A DNA stretch of 64,000 bases from Cirrosporium novae-zelandiae (lineage: Eukaryota): positions 1 through 64,000 of the forward strand of contig JAPETS010000032.1 of assembly GCA_026023565.1 (NCBI GenBank), written 5' to 3'. The notes below the pieces were generated by a model. It did no database searches, was not told the origin of the DNA, and saw only the letters and a list, made by a program, of their open reading frames with translations. The position numbers and the translations under genes were made by a program. This document shows positions 55,626-64,000 of this stretch, one piece after another. Positions within the stretch are counted from its first letter, which is position 1. The number at the start of each line of letters is the position of its first letter.

Positions 55626-56257
55626 TATGACATAAAAAAGCCTTTAGACGAATTGTTGATGCATTCGATGGATGTTTGTTTTTCGTCTATGTCCAGGGTG
55701 TACTGAGCAAGGAAAAAAATAGATGAAAATCTTACCTGGCTTACCTGCTTGTTTTTCTTGTTGCACACCTTTTTTCATGTCTGAACAATTGCCATTACCT
55801 TGTTACTTGTTACATATTACATAGATTTGTGCCAAAAAAAGTCAGGTGTTGCTTTGATTTGTCTTTTTTGATACTCGGAAATTATATACATATCTCCCAC
55901 CAACGGAGCCTTATAAACATGGATTAGCTATTTAATGGTAGATTGTTTCCAAGATGCTACGAACCGATCAGATATGTCAGCATTTATTCATCAAACACTT
56001 TGTTTCTTATAGCAACGGTTGGATTTCTGTTTAACCACACACATGCTTTGTACTATCTTGTTAATTTGTCACTTTTTTATTTCACCTCTCCTGGAAGCTC
56101 CCCTATGATGCCTACGTTGTCTTGATATTGATGGGCCTAACTACTAATGAGCGCATCCAGGAATGGATCCAAGAGCTAGAACTCTCGTTCAATCACAACC
56201 CCAAGCTCGCCCTCCTACCCCGCCACAGATCACTTTCGCATAATATCTCCTCCTTCT

Positions 56258-56634
56258 CAGTGAAGGAAATGGACCAGGCCAAATAGACGGTCTGACCCCG
56301 ACCGACCAAACCTTAATTGCCCAAGGTCGATTTTGGTCTATCACGTGTATATATATATATATATAATATATTACTGAAGTACCCAGATAGATATTTGATG
56401 TTATTTTTTTATTTCGTAGAGATTAGTAATTATCTTATCTGCACGTTATATCACGTGGAAATAAGACAAAAATGTTGTAAATCGGAGATATGAAATTTTG
56501 TTCCGCGTTCCGCGCGGCCTGTGTCATATTAACCGACGGTCTATTCTATCGACCGACCAGACCGAGCCTCTCCGTCTGTAGATCGACTAGACCGAACTCC
56601 TTGGTTTGGTCGGTTTGGTCCATTCCCTTCACTG
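56258..56634. mobile_element. Non-autonomous hAT element/MITE (377 bp)
   Basis: TIR CAGTGAAGG(A/G)AATGGACCA at both ends; left arm nearly identical to the hAT end at 16980; 8-bp TSD CTCCTTCT/CTCTTTCT. Confidence 0.92.
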
Positions 56635-57026
56635 CTCTTTCTTCAGATAGTTGGGAGCGCAAGATTGAAAAAATTTGTTTTTCAGCACCTCCCCAATCTC
56701 CCAAAATACGACGCACTGAAGATGTAGAATCGAATAGCATTTCGGCGCAAAGCTAATTTTGGAAAAAGAGACTTAAAAATCGAAAACGCAGATCAACTGG
56801 TACGTGATATTTTCCTAAAAATGATGGCTTAATGGCAAAGCTTGTGTGCAAGAGATTCCTACTACTACTGGCGAATAGATGTTGTCAGTTCTCGAGCAGG
56901 AACGATGATTTATCCAGTCAAATCTAACTCTAACAGTTTTCGATCGGCTTTGGGTCCAGCCTACTAATTATTGATAATGTCTTTGGGGCCCTCTCCCTCC
57001 CTACCTTAACCCAGTCTACCGAAAGC

Positions 57027-57637
57027 TGTTATTCTATCCCTCCGTCTTTTGCAGCAGCTTCGACGGGTAGGTGCCTACTGGGGACCAATCGTTCAAACAG
57101 CAATTGTTAGATCACCCTCGGGGTTTGAAGGCGAGGCTTCTTCTACCATATGGCATTCGCCCATTGGATTCCTAGAACCCTAAGCATAGATACATAATCC
57201 ACGCCGGTTATACACCTAAGGTCTGAACCTTGTAAGAGCTATTATCCTAGGCGTGTTGTAACAGGAGGAAGTCGATGTGGCTGGGAGTTGGCAGGAACGG
57301 TGATGGTATTTTCGGGGTACCGGCTCAGCAATGCTTATTGATTCTTTTTTAGGAAGGGGGCTGGCTGAGAAGCGCTTTCGCAATAGGGTAATTACGGTTA
57401 CGCTTATTATGACGGTATTTTACATTTATCACTTCTCCTTTCCTTTCCTTCCCCTTACTTTAAGTACCCGCCCACTCTACCCTACCCTACCCTCCTTATT
57501 CGAAGAGCATAAGAAAAGCAAAACACTCTTACCTACATACCGACCTATCCAAGCCAAAAAGAGTCTACATCAGGAGTAATTGTTTGCTCAGGTTTACGGA
57601 TAGGATATGAATAACACACCCCCCCCCCCCCCCCCCC
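57027..57637 (-). mobile_element. Probable LTR with adjoining polypurine tract
   Basis: Termini TGTTATTC...GAATAACA (57027-57616) followed by a C-run, i.e. a G-run PPT directly before TGTTATTC on the minus strand; no TSD. Confidence 0.5.
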
Positions 57638-57702
57638 AATTGTTAAATGTTGTTGGGATTTATTATATAACCTATGACCTATGACCTATAATAACCTGGA
57701 CT

Positions 57703-57771
57703 CAAGGGAAGATAATAGACCAGACCAAATAGGACCTTGAGCAGCCTCGATCTGGTCTATTCTCTTCGCTG
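57703..57771. mobile_element. Minimal hAT MITE (69 bp)
   Basis: Degenerate TIRs CAAGGGAAGATAATAGACCAGA / TCTGGTCTATTCTCTTCGCTG; 8-bp TSD CCTGGACT/CTTGGACT. Confidence 0.7.
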
Positions 57772-59620
57772 CTTGGACTATCGTAGCTTGTACGATTATA
57801 CATGTATACCTTGTATACCTTGTATAATAATATCTAACAACAACGACTGTTTATTCGAATCTTATTAGTTAGGGTGAAGTGAGATGGAGTGGGGTACGAT
57901 AAGGTATGGTATAGTATATAAAAATAATAAAATTACAAAAAATGTTATCAGCTGGTTACCCAATATATAGATATATAACCATATAAATATAAAATCACAA
58001 CTTCCACTTACTTACTGTAGGCTCCCTCGAATTAAATCTTTTTAATTCCTTCTTTATTCCTTCATCCCCTTATCATCCCTCTCCTCTACTTTCTTCCTTC
58101 CTGCCTCAAATTCAAATTTAAAATTTAAAATTCAATCCCAACCTAAACCTTACCCCTCCTATTTTCCCATTTCAATAAGAAACCCTTCTTCTGATTTTAA
58201 ATTTCTGATTCCCCAACTACAGTTACAATTATCATTTATAGAGGAACTAAAAAAGAGAAAAAGAAAAGAAAAAAAAAAGTAGAAAGAATAGTAGAATAGA
58301 ATAGAATATCTATTTATATTGGGAAATGGTATTTGAGATAAGGATGGGATAGGATGGGACGGGGAAAGGTAAATCTTGATTTCTTCTTCTTCGAAGTGGG
58401 GTGGGTGAGGTGGGGGTTTAAAGGGGTAATTGTAAGGGTGGTAGTTTGTGCTGAATAAAAGAGAGGGAAAATCATTAATAATAATAATAATAGTGGTAAT
58501 ACAAGTGGTGATGGTGGTGACATAAACTCTTATCAGTTACCTAGGTAGGTAGGTAGATCCATCGGACCTCTCCTTGTGTTTATGTTTTATATTAAGGCAT
58601 GCGCAGACATGTGTGAATTTTGAGTAAATGAATGAGTGGATGAGGGAAGTAGATTCCAACAACACCCCCCTTCCACTTCCCACTCGACGACACTCACTCA
58701 CTCACTCACTTATTCGATAAAAAGCACCACACACCACCAACCCGTCAAGGCCAGACATAACTCGGCTTCAGAGATTGGTGATTGGGGATTCACCTCTTAC
58801 AAGACACAGTAAAAAAAGAAAGAAAAGAAGAGAGAGAAAAAGGAAATAAAAGGGAAAAAGAAAGAGGTTAAAAATTTGCTTGGACTTGAGTGTGAGGGAG
58901 GGGATCTAGATTTTTATTTGAGGGTGGAGGTGGGATATATATTATATAGATATATATCGGTGAAATAAAGGTCTTAGGTTATTAGATAATTCTAGATTAT
59001 TCAACCTCGTGAGTTTTCTTTTTTCTTTTTTTTTTTCTTTTGCGAAAAGGGGAGGGGAGCGGAGGGGAGCGGTTAATAACCATTGTGGTAAGTAATATAG
59101 TAATATACATTATCGATATCTTTCTTCTTTAGCAGCATACCTAGGTAATTACCTAGGTAGTTAGTTATGAAAAATCAGGGATGGAACGTGCTGCGACTTT
59201 GTACTGTATTGAAAAACCAACTTGTTTGTTGGAAAATAGAAATAAAACTGTGGTAGGAAGTACGAGGTGGGAAGTGGGAAGTGAGAGGTGGGATTAAAGT
59301 TGTTGAGCAAGCTTAAGCTTAAGGTTTAAGGCTTGAGGTTTGAGCAGGTAACCGTGTAACAGTGTAATGTTGTACTTGTAACGGGTTCGTGTGTAAGGGG
59401 TTCGTGTAAGGAGTTCGTTGTACCAATGTATGCTGAAACCCGATTTGGCGGGTTGGGTTGGGGGTTGCATGCGGGTGGAAGCATAACGGTAACTGTAACT
59501 GTACTGTACCTAGGTATTTAGTACTTACGGCATCCCAATCGATGTAGGCACCCTTGGAGCGATAACTACTGCTGACACATTCCTCAAAAAAAAAACACAT
59601 ACACACACAATGATTAATCC

Positions 59621-60892
59621 CTAACCACAAATATCCACAATCAACCTCACAAACATCTTAACACAATCTATATAATCCACAATATCAACCTTCTCATCCG
59701 GTCTAGTATTATACCTGCCCCCAGGTCCACACACCACCCCCTCCATGCCCAACCTCTTATAAAGATGTCCCGCATCGCTTCCATAAAAGCACGTTGGGGC
59801 CAACGCCCCCGTTGGTTGCACCTCCCCCTTTCTCACTCCTGCATAAGCCGCATTTAGCGCCTTCACGATCCTGGAATCCCTCGATACCTCGAACGCAGGC
59901 ATGGTTGGATATTCCACCGGTTTCAACTCGAAGCGAAGACCTGGAAACTTTTCTGATATCATCTTTTCGATCTCGGATTTGATGTCCGAGAGTACTACCG
60001 CTTGGGTTTGGCCGGGCGCGTACCGGGCAGAACCTTTGATCCGAACGTAATCTGATACCTGTGGGGGTCGCCATTCCGCGAGGTCTTTCCCCAGGGCGCC
60101 GTGCATGACGCCGACGTGGCAGCGGTTGATCTTTGAGTGTTCTGGGGACCGGGCACCGCTAAATTTCATGGATGTTAGTCGTGGGATCAGTTCGCATGCA
60201 GCGAGGATCGCATCGACAGCTTCTTCCCTTGCGGACATGTGGCGCGTGATGCCGATCAATGTGAGCTCGAAGACGAGGGATTCCGCGTGCATGGTGATGG
60301 CGCGAATGTCGGCTGGCTCGCAGTTGACGAAGTAATCGGCGTTGTTGCAGCGGTTCTGGTCGATTAGTGCGACGGTTCCTACTCCGCCTTGGAGCTCGCC
60401 GACCACGTAGGTTAGGATCACGGTGCCTTTGGGGCGCCAGCCGGATTCTTTGAGGGCTTTTACGGCACAGTAGTAGGCGGCGCATCCGGATTTCATGTTT
60501 GAAACTCCGATACCGTAGATGAATTCTTCGTCGTAGGAGCCGGCCCAGGGGTCGATGGTCCAGCCTGAGCTGACGGGGTTGGTGTCGAGATGGCCATTGA
60601 ATAATAGAGATTTTCCTTTTGTTTCTTTTCCTTCTTTTCTTTCTTCTTTTTCTTCTTCTTCTTTTTCTCTTGTTCCATGCCAGATGCCAATGGCATTTTG
60701 ACGTTTTCCGGAATCAAATGGGACAACTTCGGCCTCTAATCCTAGACTTTTCATGGCATCTGCCATATACTGAGTGGCTTCGAGCTCTCCTGATGTCTGG
60801 GAATAAGATTTGATTTGAATCAAACGCGATAAGAAATCTAGGCATTCTTTCTGGTTGACTTCAGGATAACTGCCTTGGTTGATATCATCCAT
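59621..60892 (-). CDS. M20-family amidohydrolase (ArgE/DapE-like), intronless
   Basis: LSRLIQIKS, SLLFNGHLDT, IYGIGVSNMKSG, GSDAGHL, GPG..PDEKV; 423-aa single ORF. Confidence 0.88.
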   Translation of the reverse strand: MDDINQGSYPEVNQKECLDFLSRLIQIKSYSQTSGELEATQYMADAMKSLGLEAEVVPFDSGKRQNAIGIWHGTREKEEEEKEERKEGKETKGKSLLFNGHLDTNPVSSGWTIDPWAGSYDEEFIYGIGVSNMKSGCAAYYCAVKALKESGWRPKGTVILTYVVGELQGGVGTVALIDQNRCNNADYFVNCEPADIRAITMHAESLVFELTLIGITRHMSAREEAVDAILAACELIPRLTSMKFSGARSPEHSKINRCHVGVMHGALGKDLAEWRPPQVSDYVRIKGSARYAPGQTQAVVLSDIKSEIEKMISEKFPGLRFELKPVEYPTMPAFEVSRDSRIVKALNAAYAGVRKGEVQPTGALAPTCFYGSDAGHLYKRLGMEGVVCGPGGRYNTRPDEKVDIVDYIDCVKMFVRLIVDICG

Positions 60893-61799
60893 GGTTTTGG
60901 CTTGTTGCTTTTGTAATTTAGGCTTGAAGATTTGCTTTGTCGTCTAAGGTACGCGTGATATATATAGATATTAAATCCAAGATCTCCACGGGATCATTCT
61001 GCGCAGCAATTGACAGAATACCACATCTCAGCCTAGCTAGTGGGGGTTCCGAGAGCGGACCATGATACAAATGGCCAACATAACGACCTAGGTCATGTTG
61101 TATGGATGTCACCGAAGAAATAGGGAACTATATCGCAGAATCGCGGGTGTTTTTGTCATCTCCTGCATGCCAAGCCAACTACAGATTCCCTGTCTCTCAG
61201 TTAACTGTATTGTGTTGAGATTCACATGATGAAACAAACACAAAATTTAATCCACTGAACTGACCTCCACTTTAGTGGATCGGTTTAAATTGTGTAGTCT
61301 GCTCTTTCAAGATGGAGTAGAAAGTGTTGAAAAGGTGAGTGAGGTAGGTAGCATGATTTATTTTATTGCTCATAGAAAGTATCGGCCTTAAGCAATGACC
61401 GACGCGGCTTGGGGGCCGAAAGCCCACTTTTGCGGCCTTTAAGCCTCTAGTTCTCTCTTGTGGTTGCTTATCTTTAATGCGGGGTTGTGGGGGGGCACGC
61501 CGGTCCCACAATAAACGGGACTCACAGATTGTTTGAAACCCCGAGGGCAAGTCGCCTGTTTGAATAATTTCCTCATGTCGTGAGTACATATTCAAACATA
61601 CGACTCTCACCTTCGGCCTCCGAAAAATCATTTTTGAACAAAGTAGAAGTTAGAATTGTTGTGTTGTTGTCTCTCCTGTTAATTGTGAGTGCCATAGTAG
61701 AATTAATTTTGAGCACAGCATTTTTGCGGAATATATAACCAGTACCTCTTCTTCTACAAATCTGCATCCTTTTTACATCTCTTGCTCTCTATTGCCAAG

Positions 61800-62948
61800 A
61801 TGGAAGAACAAGACCTCGGTGTCGAAGAACCTCTCAAACAGCTTCGGATAGCAAAACGAGAGAGGTTGAAAGCTGAGCAAAGAACAGAGCAGGCCAAGTT
61901 GCTACTACAAAATACAACTCTACATGAGTTTCTAGAATACTATCACTACATTTCCAAACCATTCTACGTTCAAAGAAATAGGACTGGATTTAGTCTTATA
62001 AACCCCCAAGATAAATTTTATCCCAAGAGGCTATGCGAATGGAGTGATTTCAGCCAGACTCAGAGATATTTCTTCGACAAGGCATATTCTGTTCTTCATC
62101 CAGCTTCAAAGCCACCTTTACGGCCCTTCGACTCAATATCCTATATCGAGACTGCCGGACCTAAAGACTGCGTTCGACCATTTCAAAGCGAAACGTATCT
62201 TCAGATATATGAAAAATACGCAGTTGAGCAACCTGTCACAAGCATTATCGCCGCTTTGGCTAAAACTCCACTTACCTTACCCTACAAGCTCGGCAACGGT
62301 ATTATATTTGGAGTTTATCCCAACACTCTCGGCCATTTGAACAGGGAACTTGAAGGGCGTCAGCAGACTGAGATGAGACCTCCAAATACTAACCAGCAAT
62401 ACGTCTACAAGAATGACAGTGGTCTTCAAACTCCTCTTTTTGTCATCAATTATCAAGGTCCATACGAGGTTTCGGTTGAAGATATTTCATGGGGCTTCCG
62501 TGACAGTTTAAGCATCTCAAATATCATTCAACGAGACACCGTTCCGACCGACTTGAATCAAAGGTCAGCAGAGAATTCTGAAGAAGTTATAGCAGCTGTT
62601 GTGACACAAGCCTTTGACGCCATGATCAACTGTGGCCTTGAATATACCTACATCATAACGGGGGAAGCGATAGTGTTCCTCCGCGTCAACGAGAATGAGC
62701 CGACGACCTTATATTATCACGTATCTTTGCCCAACCAGGAGGCAGATAGATGTCATGATCCGATATTACGCATCTCTCGAACTACAATTGGGCAGGTATT
62801 GGGATTTTGTCTCATGGCTTTCCAGTCCGAACAGAGAGGTGATGATTGGCAAACCTCAGCAAAGGAACAGCTAGAGAAATGGCCTATTAGTCGTCTTTTC
62901 CGCCATCCTCAGGCAAGGGAACGAGGAAAGGCACCTCTGGGGTTGTAG
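61800..62948 (+). CDS. Spok-like protein (coiled-coil + nuclease-fold region only, 382 aa)
   Basis: Coiled-coil AEQRTEQA, TTLHEFLEYYH, NPQDKFYPKRLCEWSDF, AVEQPV, GNGIIF, AAVVTQAFDAMINCGLEY..ITGEAIVFLRV..EPTTLYYHVSLP, TTIGQVLGFCLMAF, which match the N-terminal half of Podospora SPOK proteins as I recall them. Confidence 0.8.
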   Translation: MEEQDLGVEEPLKQLRIAKRERLKAEQRTEQAKLLLQNTTLHEFLEYYHYISKPFYVQRNRTGFSLINPQDKFYPKRLCEWSDFSQTQRYFFDKAYSVLHPASKPPLRPFDSISYIETAGPKDCVRPFQSETYLQIYEKYAVEQPVTSIIAALAKTPLTLPYKLGNGIIFGVYPNTLGHLNRELEGRQQTEMRPPNTNQQYVYKNDSGLQTPLFVINYQGPYEVSVEDISWGFRDSLSISNIIQRDTVPTDLNQRSAENSEEVIAAVVTQAFDAMINCGLEYTYIITGEAIVFLRVNENEPTTLYYHVSLPNQEADRCHDPILRISRTTIGQVLGFCLMAFQSEQRGDDWQTSAKEQLEKWPISRLFRHPQARERGKAPLGL

Positions 62949-63552
62949 TTCAAGGCAAGAGTCCTTCTCTTCCGTCAAGGTCGTTTAGCTGAGACTGCGA
63001 CAAGGTGGAATGGCAGGATATAGGCTGTAATTGTCCGGCATTCATTATTGTTATCAAAAAGCTTTTTGACAGGAATCCTGGTTGTCTGTATTTTAATTAA
63101 TAATTTCTAGTTTTGTTCCTATCCTTCAAGCTTTATTGCTGTAGATCATAGAAATAACCGGAATTTCAAGTGATACAGCTAGCCCTTGTCTGTAATAATT
63201 CTGGGATCTAATAAGTGTGTTATTTTGTAACAATGTAGAATTAATTCTATGAAAAATATGCTATTAATTAACGGAACATCAATAACCCTGCAAGAAACCA
63301 CAATCGTACTATGATAGACTATCAGGTGAAATAATCCCTGGTACGGTAGGGCTACTCCACACGGAGTTTAACTACTTCAAGTAACCGCTAGGCGATGTTT
63401 AGTATAGTGACTGCCTCATATGGTTAGAGGAAGATTTTAATTTGAGTGTGTACTAGGGATTATTTGGCTTGACACCATAGCTACCTACGCTTAGTTTAGA
63501 GAGCATTCTATTTTACTTACCAACACTTTCAGCTATTTAGCCATCACTATTA

Positions 63553-64000
63553 ATGCCAATAATTTATTGTCCGCTTCCTCCAGGACCGACAAGGCGCCCT
63601 CGTCTAGTTCGTCCGCTGAACCATGGATCTCTCAAACTAGAAAAGGTCTTCTCATTTCTCTCCGAAGAAGAGAAAACGACCCCTCCGACACTACAGACGT
63701 GGAAGGAAATTCAAACCCCAAGGCTCAGACGTTATCCTGACTGCGAGAAAATATTGATTCAAGAGCTGATCGATGATCGTGGGATGGATGGCTACGTTTT
63801 TAAGGTGGACATGGGTGGTACTGGTCCATATGTGCTAAAAAATTGTACTAAGTTTCGACTAAAACATCGCCTCAAATGTAATGCCGACTTTATCTTAGTT
63901 CAAGCAAACATTTCCGTCACGACCACCTTTTATCTGGCCCTTCTATAGAGAATGCCTTTATTATTCTCGATCAGAAGCAGTGAATGCAGGTGTGTTGAAC
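63553..64000 (+). CDS. FTA2-like kinase-fold gene, partial, possibly degenerate
   Basis: PRLRRY..GMDGYVFKVDMGGTGPYVLK, then a probable intron and WPFYREC, resembling the GxVFKV..YALK..PFxxECR signature. Confidence 0.5.

Noticed and set aside
62946..63030. Stop-codon read-through or editing extending the Spok-like ORF to a kinase
   Set aside because: Read-through adds only ~24 codons before another TAG, with no Cys cluster or kinase motifs.

Overview
This is filamentous ascomycete (Pezizomycotina-type) DNA in three compartments. (1) 1-~17 kb is an AT-rich, RIP-devastated nest of transposons: a chromodomain-bearing Ty3/Gypsy element sits inside a hAT transposase, and two Tad1-like LINEs (one full-length +, one 5'-truncated -) sit inside the Gypsy integrase, with recoverable target-site duplications. 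(2) ~17-41.5 kb is an accessory zone with solo LTRs, hAT MITEs, a D5/SF3-helicase-like relic, HNH and PD-(D/E)XK-like nuclease genes, several intact or decayed kinases, an F-box-like gene and a small Cys-rich ORF. (3) ~42-61 kb holds conserved genes: DUR3-like urea transporter, TOM22, MAS2, DMA1, a bestrophin/UPF0187 channel and an intronless M20 amidohydrolase. At 61.8-64 kb there is a Spok (spore-killer)-like ORF that lacks the kinase/resistance half and has degenerate nuclease catalytic residues, followed by an FTA2-like kinase-fold gene. All family assignments come from motif recognition by eye; no database search was run.
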